Below, piece by piece: positions 43,239 to 51,608 of a stretch of DNA of 64,000 bases (its first letter is position 1; each line of letters begins with the position of its first letter). The position numbers and the translations under genes were made by a program. The stretch spans positions 2,400,001-2,464,000 of the forward strand of contig CBDDIJ010000003.1 in the NCBI GenBank assembly GCA_965228855.1. The letters run 5' to 3'. This DNA comes from Candidatus Obscuribacterales bacterium (lineage in GTDB: Bacteria > Cyanobacteriota > Vampirovibrionia > Obscuribacterales > Obscuribacteraceae). The notes under the pieces are model-generated. The model did not search any database. It was not told the DNA's origin and saw nothing but the letters and a program-made list of their open reading frames with translations.

Positions 43239-43754
43239 ATGGATGACGTAAAAGAAAACGATAAGTCCAATGTGTCGGTCAGCGATGACACGGCTCCCGT
43301 GTTGTCCGTTTCAGAACCAGCACCAAAACCAGAACCAGTGCCTCCTGCGACACCTGCTGCGGCAGCGACACCTGCGTCGCCCGCACCAGCACCGTCCAAA
43401 GACCAGGAGACCGAGCTGATCGTCGTCAACGCGCTGCTCCTGATCGGTTTGGTCGGAGCCATGCTTTACGTCGGGACAGTCGTATTCGCCGCCGACGCGC
43501 TTCTATTCTTCTTAGGCATCTTCGTCTACTTGATTGTCGCTCCGCCTGGCACTTACGTTCAAGGCAAAAGCAAAATGGTCAGCTTCACAAAGGAAGTGGC
43601 CTGTGCATTTGCTCTGACCTTTGTGCTCTTTTTATTGCTGAAACAGTTTATGCCTGCTGACGCGGACCAGGCAAAATGGTTGACGATAGTTCTGGCGACA
43701 CTGGGCGTAAAGCTTGTGTTCTACCCTTACTACAACTTTAAAGCAGACGATTAG
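43239..43754 (+). CDS. Hypothetical membrane protein (4 TM) with a Pro/Ala-rich N-terminus
   Basis: Four hydrophobic segments after PAPKPEPVPPATPAAA. Confidence 0.7.
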   Translation: MDDVKENDKSNVSVSDDTAPVLSVSEPAPKPEPVPPATPAAAATPASPAPAPSKDQETELIVVNALLLIGLVGAMLYVGTVVFAADALLFFLGIFVYLIVAPPGTYVQGKSKMVSFTKEVACAFALTFVLFLLLKQFMPADADQAKWLTIVLATLGVKLVFYPYYNFKADD

Positions 43755-43827
43755 CCGTCACAGACTGTCAATGAACGAAACTAGTGCAGAAGCGCGCTGA
43801 GGCTGAACTAAGCGAGCGCACAGCTCA

Positions 43828-44271
43828 CTAGCCGAATGCAGCACCGCCTGCGGTTCCTCCAATCTCACCTTCGTCGATTGGTCGACCGATAGCCATAGCA
43901 ATCATCAGACACTGGTCGACTCGCTCCATGACCTCTTGCGGGAAGGAGCCAATTTTGCTGACCAGAAGCGTTTTTGGAATAGTAGCGATGACGGTGCAGT
44001 CTATAACGCTATCCAATCGCAAGCCGCCTTGTTTGCCTTCCGGGGTATCCATTTTCACTACGACCTGGGTGGGCTCGCGCGCCGCTCTCGTGATATTGCT
44101 AGTCAGCGGAACGAGCAGAACGTCATCTAGACGGGCGTTGTTGTAGTTATTGGAAATAAGCACAGCAGGACGTCGCTTGGTCTGGGTTTGACCATCGTCT
44201 GTGGTGTATGGAAAGGAGACGAGGACAACGTCCCCCTTACGATACGCTGAAGGTTTAGTTGGAGTATTCAA
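43828..44271 (-). CDS. PemK/MazF-family endoribonuclease toxin; no adjacent antitoxin seen
   Basis: KGDVVLVSFPY...KRRPAVLISN..N..LDDV..VPLTS...GL.LDS.I; TTG start. Confidence 0.88.
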   Translation of the reverse strand: MNTPTKPSAYRKGDVVLVSFPYTTDDGQTQTKRRPAVLISNNYNNARLDDVLLVPLTSNITRAAREPTQVVVKMDTPEGKQGGLRLDSVIDCTVIATIPKTLLVSKIGSFPQEVMERVDQCLMIAMAIGRPIDEGEIGGTAGGAAFG

Positions 44272-44329
44272 GAATCGAACACTACTAAGGTTTGGACCTG
44301 AAGCAGAAAACCTGCATGCTTATTGTACC

Positions 44330-44862
44330 AATGACCGGTCCAACTTTAAATTACCGTAAAAACGCAACCAACTCTAAAAGGGTCCTCTATCGGAACCCTT
44401 TCATAATATTTATTCTGGCCGACTTATTTAACCGTCTAGATGTCTGCGTAAGCAGCATCAGTCATCAGATCTTCCTTGATGAAAGAAGAATTTGCCGAGA
44501 AGTTGACCGCAGTGGCGCGATCCAACTCATAGCTCTCCTTGATGTGGTTAAACGCGTCAAAAATGCAATCTCTGAAGGACATTGCATCCTTGGGCTGTTG
44601 GCCTTTGTTTTCGCCGAAGTTCTCAAAAATGGACATTGATAGAAGGGCCTCGTTCAAATGGCGAAAGTACTGATTCACTGGGAAGTATACCAGGCTATCA
44701 AGAGATATTTCCAGCGTTTTTAATGTTGCCGGGAACATTTAATCTTGGAAACCTATCCTTCCAATTCGGATATACCCATTTCCATTCCGTTTATCCCAAA
44801 CCTGGATGAAGTTTTAATCATATTTCCAGGCATTTTAAACCGCAAACGCCTTGCAGCTGTTT
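44330..44862 (-). pseudogene. Decayed copy of the cobalamin-binding-subunit gene
   Basis: Minus strand from 44862 reads RRLRFKMPG..MIK..GMEMGISELEG*VSKI vs RKLRVLIGKPG..VIAR..GMEIVYTGLHRSPDEI. Confidence 0.65.
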
Positions 44863-44867
44863 TTAGC

Positions 44868-45293
44868 CTAAAACCGGTCCGGAAACTTTGCTTTGAGGAA
44901 GTCGATCGTTTTTTGCGTGCCCCCGCCTGGAACGATGATTTCGTGAATTCCCTTGCCCAGAAGCATCTGACGATCTTCTTCAGGAATCACCCCACCGCCG
45001 AAAACGACGATATCGCCGGCATCCTTCTGTTTCAGAATTTCGACAACCTTAGGCAAAAGCGTCATATGCGCACCAGACAGAATCGAAAGACCGATGGCGT
45101 CGACGTCTTCTTGAATCGCCGTCTCAACGATCTCGTCCGGCGAGCGGTGCAAACCGGTGTACACAATTTCCATACCAGCATCGCGAAGAGCCCTCGCGAT
45201 CACCTTGGCACCACGGTCATGCCCGTCCAAGCCGGGTTTTCCGATTAAAACTCTAAGTTTCCGCTTCGTCATTACTGTCGCCATCCCTGCCAT
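44868..45293 (-). CDS. Methylmalonyl-CoA-mutase-type cobalamin-binding small subunit
   Basis: KPGLDGHDRGAK (DxHxxG), GLSILSGAH, GGGVIP. Confidence 0.93.
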   Translation of the reverse strand: MAGMATVMTKRKLRVLIGKPGLDGHDRGAKVIARALRDAGMEIVYTGLHRSPDEIVETAIQEDVDAIGLSILSGAHMTLLPKVVEILKQKDAGDIVVFGGGVIPEEDRQMLLGKGIHEIIVPGGGTQKTIDFLKAKFPDRF

Positions 45294-45332
45294 ACATCTA
45301 CCTCGGAGCCGAGACATAGAAAGTATAGAACT

Positions 45333-46034
45333 TTAGCTCTGACGATCCTGGATAGTTGGTTTCATCTTTGCGGAAATTATCTCAGCCACTTCATAAAAAG
45401 GCTTAAGGTCGTATTTGTTCAGGAAGTACATGCCTTTCTTGGTTTTGAGAATGGCAAATTTTAAATACTTGGGCTGGTCGAAAGCCACGATTTGATCCCA
45501 GGTCAACTTCACTCGCCAGAGGAGAGCACCGACTTTGAGCGTTTCGTTGTCGGTCTCAATCTTATTCACTTCCAGAAGTACTGGCAGAAACATGAAGATA
45601 TCGATGAAGCCGACCATCCCAAAGAAAAACAATTCGCGGAATGGATCCATGACACGATGCTGAGGAAAACGCTCGATAAAACTCATGACAACGGCGACAT
45701 TCAACAGAATAAGAAAGAATGCCGCCGGATAACGAACAATATGTTTCCACAAGGGGCGCCTGTAAACATGCGGTATGTTGACGTCCACCGGCACGCGCAT
45801 TTCATCTCGCTTGATTCCAAGTATGCTGCCGACCAGCGACTGCGCGGATGCTGAAGAATTCGATGTTCGCGCTGACGGTTTTGCGGAAGAAACCGAAGCA
45901 GCGCTACCGGCTGTTTGAGAGAGAGTCGCCGCGGCATCGTCTGACGTGCCGGATTCTTCCGAAGCCTCCAGGTTCTGCCCGGCTGGAGACTGCGGCGACT
46001 GCGGACGTTTAAACTTTCGTTTGCTTTTGGACAC
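45333..46034 (-). CDS. Hypothetical 2-TM protein with a bacterial PH-like C-terminus
   Basis: Ser/Ala-rich N-terminus, two TMs, ..KLTWDQI.. motif. Confidence 0.65.
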   Translation of the reverse strand: MSKSKRKFKRPQSPQSPAGQNLEASEESGTSDDAAATLSQTAGSAASVSSAKPSARTSNSSASAQSLVGSILGIKRDEMRVPVDVNIPHVYRRPLWKHIVRYPAAFFLILLNVAVVMSFIERFPQHRVMDPFRELFFFGMVGFIDIFMFLPVLLEVNKIETDNETLKVGALLWRVKLTWDQIVAFDQPKYLKFAILKTKKGMYFLNKYDLKPFYEVAEIISAKMKPTIQDRQS

Positions 46035-46235
46035 TGCGTTTCTCTCACGATTGCCCGATCGATCTGGCTCTAAGCCTTCTTAAGCCTTAAACCTTATATC
46101 CCGCAAACCTAGGCAATTTATGCGTTTTAAGGATAGAAATCAGAAGTCGAAAAAAGGTACAACATCAAGATTATCAGTGATGGAGCTATTTAGATACGCT
46201 CCTCAACTCCCCCTCCGCTAAATTCGGTGAACGTA

Positions 46236-47876
46236 ATGTCAAAGAGCAAGCTGGCTGACTATCTTTTCAATCGCATCAAAGCACAAGGTGTTGATTGTAC
46301 TTTCGGAATTCCCGGCGACTTTGTCCTGCCGCTCTATGCCGCGCAAGAGCGCGCTCAAATGAAAACAGTGGTAATGACGCATGAGCCTTCGGTGGGCTTC
46401 GCCGCCGATGCTTACGCCAGGCTTAAGGGCATGGGTGTCGCACTCGTGACGTACGGCGCCGGCGGATTGAATATGGTCAATCCCATCGGTCTCGCCTACG
46501 CAGAAGAGTCACCGGTTCTCGTGATCTCGGGTTCGCCTGAAACCCGCTATAGAAGCCAGAAACCGCATTTGCATCACTGCGTTAAAACTTTCGATACCCA
46601 ATACAACGTGTTCAGAGAAGTCACAGAATCACAAACGCTTCTCAGCAATCCGACCATTGCGCAAGACGAGATCGACCGCGTTATCGATACAACGAAGAAG
46701 TCGTCACGCCCGGGCTACATCGAGATTCCACGCGACATGGTCAATCAGGAAATTCCTGTGAGCGATGAGATGAAGGCGGCGCCGGACGAACACGCTCCTG
46801 CGCTCAACGAAGTTATAAAAGAAGTAATCGAACGTCTCAGATCCGCGAAGAAACCTGTTGTCCTGGCTGGCGTAGAAGTCCGACGTTTCGGACTGAAAGA
46901 CAAAATCATCAGCCTGGTACAAGCGTTAAACTTGCCGGTAGTGACTTCAATCCTGGGCAAGGCCTCGTTTCCCGAGAGCCATCCAAATTTCATCGGCAAT
47001 TATTTTGGTCAATTCGGCAATCCCAAGTTGAAAGAATATGTCGAGGACTCCGACCTGATTCTCTCACTGGGAACGGTTCTCACCGAGATGGAAACAGCTG
47101 GATACACCGCAAAGCTTCCTCTGGAAAACTTGATCCAAGCCACCGCCAGTGAGGTCAACATCGGATACCATACCTATCCCGGAGTTCCCCTCAACGCCTT
47201 TGTCGACGAGCTCATCGAGAAGCTCGGCAGTAAAGTAAACCCGTCGATGCGTTTCACAGTTCCGGATATTGAACCTGAACTTCTGGCGCCACCAAAAGGC
47301 AAACAGCACCTAACCGTTGCTGCAATCATCGAAGATCTCAACGAGATGCTCAATCAGAATTACTCTGTCGTCTCTGACGTCGGCGACTGCTTGTATGCTG
47401 GTTTGAGTTTAAAAACTGACATCTTCATCGCTCCCGGATACTACTCGAGCATGGGCTTCGGAGTTCCAGCCGGCATTGGTGCCCAGGTCGCCGAACCAAA
47501 GAGACGCTCGGTAATTTTGGTTGGCGATGGCGGTTTCCAAATGACAGGAATGGAAATGAGTACCGCAGCCAAGCTTGGTCTCAATCCGATTATCGTTCTC
47601 TTCAACAATGCAAGTTACGCAATGCTCCGATTCATCGATCAGGATCGCAAGTACTATGACCTGCAACGCTGGGACTACGCCGGTTTAGCCAAGGCTGTCG
47701 GTGGCGACGGAGTTCAAGCCACCACGAGAGATGAGTTTAAACGCGCCCTCGCTGACGCGGTCAATTCCGACAAAATGTTCTTGATCGATGCCGTCATCGA
47801 AAAGGACGATATCTCACCGACGCTAAGACGCCTTACCGACCACTTCGGCGCCAAAGTCAAAGCTGCAATCGGCTAG
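46236..47876 (+). CDS. ipdC: ThDP-dependent alpha-keto-acid (indolepyruvate/phenylpyruvate) decarboxylase
   Basis: FGIPGDF.LP, HEP.VGFAADAYAR, VTYGAG..NMVN, LHH, GDGGFQMTG.E...NN. Confidence 0.85.
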   Translation: MSKSKLADYLFNRIKAQGVDCTFGIPGDFVLPLYAAQERAQMKTVVMTHEPSVGFAADAYARLKGMGVALVTYGAGGLNMVNPIGLAYAEESPVLVISGSPETRYRSQKPHLHHCVKTFDTQYNVFREVTESQTLLSNPTIAQDEIDRVIDTTKKSSRPGYIEIPRDMVNQEIPVSDEMKAAPDEHAPALNEVIKEVIERLRSAKKPVVLAGVEVRRFGLKDKIISLVQALNLPVVTSILGKASFPESHPNFIGNYFGQFGNPKLKEYVEDSDLILSLGTVLTEMETAGYTAKLPLENLIQATASEVNIGYHTYPGVPLNAFVDELIEKLGSKVNPSMRFTVPDIEPELLAPPKGKQHLTVAAIIEDLNEMLNQNYSVVSDVGDCLYAGLSLKTDIFIAPGYYSSMGFGVPAGIGAQVAEPKRRSVILVGDGGFQMTGMEMSTAAKLGLNPIIVLFNNASYAMLRFIDQDRKYYDLQRWDYAGLAKAVGGDGVQATTRDEFKRALADAVNSDKMFLIDAVIEKDDISPTLRRLTDHFGAKVKAAIG

Positions 47877-47938
47877 GGGGCTCAGCACCGCCCGATTTCA
47901 GCAGGGCGCTTCGAACATTGGAAAACCGACAGGTTGAA

Positions 47939-47977
47939 AAGGACCGTGCCTGATACAATGGCGCGGTCCTTGTTTTT
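47939..47977 (+). terminator. Intrinsic terminator
   Basis: AAGGACCGTGCC-9 nt-GGCGCGGTCCTT-GTTTTT. Confidence 0.75.
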
Positions 47978-48009
47978 GGACGAAACAGAACGGATCGGAA
48001 GAGCACGAG

Positions 48010-48789
48010 ATGAGAAAAACAATTCAATCACTGCAATTGCCAATTTCATTAGCGATTCTCCTGAGCATTCAGGCAGCAGAACCCGCCTGCGCTAAGGACG
48101 ACGAATTCGAGGCTGATCCGGACGTTGCCTCCTTTCATCGCACACCCAGGGCGCCTGTCAAAGCCGGCAAGGTGAGCGGCGGTTACCACAGAAGCGTTTA
48201 TGCCGGTCCAACCCATAGTCGAAACAAGACGGCTCCGGACACGACTTACAATATAAACACGGTCAATTACGACGACTACCTCAGGAGCATGGGAAAGAAG
48301 CCCACCAATAGCACGCAGGTGTTTAGCGTGCAGTCAAACAGCAATAATCGAAGCGCCGGGACCGGAGGAGCAGGATCTAATCAGTCCGAACAGGAGCGTC
48401 CATTTGTTTTAACAGCCGTCGACAACGAAACGGTTTCCGCTAAAAAAACAAAGAGCTCGATTCTCTCAAAAGTAACAAGGGCGCCACGAGCCGCTCTCGG
48501 TGTAGCAGTCGGCGTTCCCATTAACATCGCCCGCGATACCACTAAGTATACGAAACAGATGCGCACCAGCATGGTCGACGGTATCGGTGTTGACACGGAG
48601 CATCACGACCTGGTCGGGCATATGTTCGCTGCCGGCACCGCGATTCCATTTGGTGTTGGAACCGGTATCGTACACGGTACCATCAAAGGTTTCAGACAGG
48701 GTGTCGGCAAAGATAAGCCGCTCAACGCGGAGACCAGCACTCCAGGCAAACAATCCGCATCGCTGCCGGAACCAGACCGAACCGAATAG
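48010..48789 (+). CDS. Hypothetical exported protein with Gly-rich amphipathic helices
   Basis: Signal peptide; ALGVAVGVPI...AIPFGVGTGIVHG. Confidence 0.65.
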   Translation: MRKTIQSLQLPISLAILLSIQAAEPACAKDDEFEADPDVASFHRTPRAPVKAGKVSGGYHRSVYAGPTHSRNKTAPDTTYNINTVNYDDYLRSMGKKPTNSTQVFSVQSNSNNRSAGTGGAGSNQSEQERPFVLTAVDNETVSAKKTKSSILSKVTRAPRAALGVAVGVPINIARDTTKYTKQMRTSMVDGIGVDTEHHDLVGHMFAAGTAIPFGVGTGIVHGTIKGFRQGVGKDKPLNAETSTPGKQSASLPEPDRTE

Positions 48790-48804
48790 CACTCTGAGGT
48801 TCTG

Positions 48805-49965
48805 ATGAGCACAGACTTTGAATTTGCCGTTGTGGGTGGTGGTGGCATGGGTAGTGCCGCTGCATATTATCTTGCAAGAGAGGGCAAATCCGTCCTGGTG
48901 CTGGAACAGTTCGAAATCGGGCACAACCGCGGTGCCTCGCATGGCGAAAATCGCATAATTCGATACTCATATGAATGGACGGATTACGTCAAACTCGCAA
49001 AAGAAACTTTCAAACTCTGGAAAGAAGTCGAAACCGAATTTGGTTCCAAACTTCTAAAGTGCACGGGCGGTTTGGACATTGGCTATCCTGGAAATCGCGA
49101 CTTCGAATTGTGTATAGACTCACTGCGGCAAGAAGGCATCGAGTTCCAACTGATGAACCAGGAGGAGGCCGCCTCTCGCTTTCCTCAGTTCAATTTCGAA
49201 ACGGGTACTCGGGCACTTTTTCAAAAGGACGCCGGTTATCTTGAACCGGATGTCTGCATTCCTGCCTTCATCTCACTCGCTAAAAAATGTGGTGCGATAG
49301 TTCAAGATAACACCACTCTCGATGGCATCGACATTTCAGATGCCCATGTCGAATTGACGAGCAACGGCAAAAGATGGCGCGCAAAAAACCTGATACTTAC
49401 CCCTGGTCCGTGGGCCGCGCCGCTTGTGAAAAAGCTTACGGGCGTTGACGTTCCTATAGCAGTATCGCTCGAACAGTATGCGTTTTTCAAACCGAAACAC
49501 CGCGAATGGTTCGACGAATCCAAATCGCCTGTTTTCATCGTCTATCCAACTCCCGGCGAATTGGACATCCTATACGGCTTTCCCCAATTTAAAGACTTGG
49601 GCGTCAAGGTTGCAGAACACCACGCCGGATCAGCCACGGAAGCGGCGACGAGAAGTTTCGAACCGGATCCGGATAAACTGAAGCGCGCATTTGCCAGAGC
49701 GCAAAAGCTCATCCCCGATCTCACTGAGGATGTCACCAGGGCGGCTACATGCCTCTACTCCAACACGCCTGACAAGCACTTTATAGTCGATAAGTTACCT
49801 GGACACAACAATGTGGTAATCGGCTGCGGTTTTTCGGGTCATGGCTTTAAATTCATTCCGATTATCGGCAATATCCTAAAAGATCTAGCTCTCCACGGAC
49901 ACACAAAACAGCAGATCCGAATGTTTAAGCTCGAACGCTTCGCTGCAACGCACACAAAGCAATAG
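48805..49965 (+). CDS. solA: Monomeric sarcosine / N-methyltryptophan oxidase family flavoprotein
   Basis: VGGGGMGSAAAYYLA, GASHGENRIIR, ATCLYSNTPD.HF (covalent-FAD Cys), GFSGHGFKF. Confidence 0.88.
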   Translation: MSTDFEFAVVGGGGMGSAAAYYLAREGKSVLVLEQFEIGHNRGASHGENRIIRYSYEWTDYVKLAKETFKLWKEVETEFGSKLLKCTGGLDIGYPGNRDFELCIDSLRQEGIEFQLMNQEEAASRFPQFNFETGTRALFQKDAGYLEPDVCIPAFISLAKKCGAIVQDNTTLDGIDISDAHVELTSNGKRWRAKNLILTPGPWAAPLVKKLTGVDVPIAVSLEQYAFFKPKHREWFDESKSPVFIVYPTPGELDILYGFPQFKDLGVKVAEHHAGSATEAATRSFEPDPDKLKRAFARAQKLIPDLTEDVTRAATCLYSNTPDKHFIVDKLPGHNNVVIGCGFSGHGFKFIPIIGNILKDLALHGHTKQQIRMFKLERFAATHTKQ

Positions 49966-50007
49966 GTAACTGTAAAATAGTTTGATAGTCGCCGATGAGT
50001 CACAAGT

Positions 50008-51255
50008 ATGGCAAACATTCGAGACAGTCAAGGGTTAGGTCCCACAGACACACAGCAGCGACGTGGTCCTGCGGTGTTTATTTCGTTTCAAGATGAAGCC
50101 GAACAGTTTGCCCCGGTCCTATCTCAAATATCTGCTACGGAACCTTCATCAGGGCAACAAATCGAAGGTTACAAGATAATCGACAAAGTCGGCGAAGGTG
50201 CGATGGCAGTTGTTTACCGAGCCATGCAACTGTCTACCAACCGAATAGTCGCAATCAAAACTCTTCGCTACTCGGAAACTGATCTGTCGGAGCGATTCGC
50301 CAGAGAAGTTTCTATCCATAATCAGTTGAAACACAAGAACATTGTGGAAGCAATCGAATGCATTCAGTCCAAAGGTAGAGCTTACTTCGTGATGGAGCTG
50401 CTCAAGGGCGTCAACCTGGAAGATCAGCTCCAGAAGCAGGGGCGCTGCCGCAGCCCGGCTTTGTTCGCTCACATACTGGGACAAATTTGTGACGCCCTGG
50501 AATGCGCCCACAATCTAGGTATCATCCATCGCGACCTGAAGCCGGAAAATATCATTCTGCTCGAAGGCGGGAAAAATGAGATTAAGGTACTCGACTTCGG
50601 CGTGGCAAAAATTCAGGAAGACTTGCAGCGACTCACGAAAACAGGAGTGGTGCTCGGCTCTCCAGCCTACATGAGCCCGGAGCAATGCATGGGACTGAAG
50701 CTCGACCCTCGCTCGGATCTTTATTCACTTGGAGTTGTCGCGTATGAGCTTCTCACTGGAAGTCTTCCATACGAGGCCAGCAATCCTGTCGAGATGATGG
50801 AAATTCACTGCGATCCTGATATAGCACCGAAGCCGCTAACTATGTTCAGACCAGACCTTCCAGCAGTTGAGAAGCTACAGGCGGTCTTCGATCATGTCCT
50901 TCAAACGGAAACAGAAGATCGAACGGCCGACGTTCACGAGTTCAAAAAAGAGCTGCACGATTGGTGGGATGCCGCCTCAAATGGCACTTCCCAGCTACCG
51001 AATCCATTCAAGCCGTCGGAACTCCCTCGAGAGAAAGTCGCTGAGAAAAGCAAAAGTATAGTAAACACAGTCGAAGCAAAAGCGCTTGCCGAACTGACAG
51101 GACGGCGAACCAGCGCAGACGAAATAGTCGAAGCCACGCCAAAGATTCCTCAGAAGATGCAAATGCCTCTCCTGATAGGTATTGTCGTAATTGTTCTGGT
51201 CGCCTTGATCGCGTTTCTCGCGACATTCTTGTTGTCGGCGCTCAACGGTCGATGA
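50008..51255 (+). CDS. Hanks-type Ser/Thr protein kinase with a C-terminal TM anchor
   Basis: GEGAMA.VY, VAIK, HRDLKPEN, DFG, YMSPEQ, SDLYSLG. Confidence 0.95.
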   Translation: MANIRDSQGLGPTDTQQRRGPAVFISFQDEAEQFAPVLSQISATEPSSGQQIEGYKIIDKVGEGAMAVVYRAMQLSTNRIVAIKTLRYSETDLSERFAREVSIHNQLKHKNIVEAIECIQSKGRAYFVMELLKGVNLEDQLQKQGRCRSPALFAHILGQICDALECAHNLGIIHRDLKPENIILLEGGKNEIKVLDFGVAKIQEDLQRLTKTGVVLGSPAYMSPEQCMGLKLDPRSDLYSLGVVAYELLTGSLPYEASNPVEMMEIHCDPDIAPKPLTMFRPDLPAVEKLQAVFDHVLQTETEDRTADVHEFKKELHDWWDAASNGTSQLPNPFKPSELPREKVAEKSKSIVNTVEAKALAELTGRRTSADEIVEATPKIPQKMQMPLLIGIVVIVLVALIAFLATFLLSALNGR

Positions 51256-51286
51256 GAATATTTGTTTACGGTTTCATCAGAACGAC

Positions 51287-51314
51287 TTGCAATTTCGATT
51301 TGTTTTGATACTAT
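51287..51314 (+). promoter_or_regulatory. Putative sigma70 promoter of the trp operon
   Basis: TTGCAA-16 nt-TACTAT with an extended -10 TG. Confidence 0.55.
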
Positions 51315-51361
51315 TGGCAAATATCGAATTCCATGCGGCAGTGACGCCGCGCAAATGAGAA

Positions 51362-51442
51362 ATGATGACTACAAACACAGCAAACGCGCAAAATTGGTGG
51401 ACCTGGTGCAACCTGGTTGACGAGCCGCGTTGGCGCTGGTGA
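51362..51442 (+). CDS. trpL: trp operon leader peptide (26 aa, 5 Trp)
   Basis: MMTTNTANAQNWWTWCNLVDEPRWRW* directly upstream of a terminator and trpE. Confidence 0.88.
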   Translation: MMTTNTANAQNWWTWCNLVDEPRWRW

Positions 51443-51467
51443 GGCTTAAGTAGTCCACGAAGCATTT

Positions 51468-51509
51468 AAACCGCAGGCTTGTCGCACATGACGCCTGCGG
51501 TTTTTCTTT
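51468..51509 (+). terminator. trp attenuator terminator
   Basis: AAACCGCAGGC...GCCTGCGGTTTTTCTTT. Confidence 0.88.
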
Positions 51510-51608
51510 CGAGCATTGTCTGAGTCAGCCGATCAGACTAATTTTACGCGCGCCACCATATGCGCCACCACCGTTTTTCACACCTGTTTTTATCGCCAGG
51601 AATACATC

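Noticed and set aside
10996..44738. Short tracked ORFs 10996-11178, 12952-13155, 22488-22787, 23540-23755, 23769-23978, 43015-43227 and 44436-44738 as real genes
   Set aside because: They are fragments of decayed copies of neighbouring genes (22488-22787 also runs through the tRNA) and lack convincing RBSs
46035..46235. Possible ghost of the decarboxylase 5' end, or a riboswitch leader
   Set aside because: Similarity too weak to call by eye; no TPP-riboswitch consensus recognised
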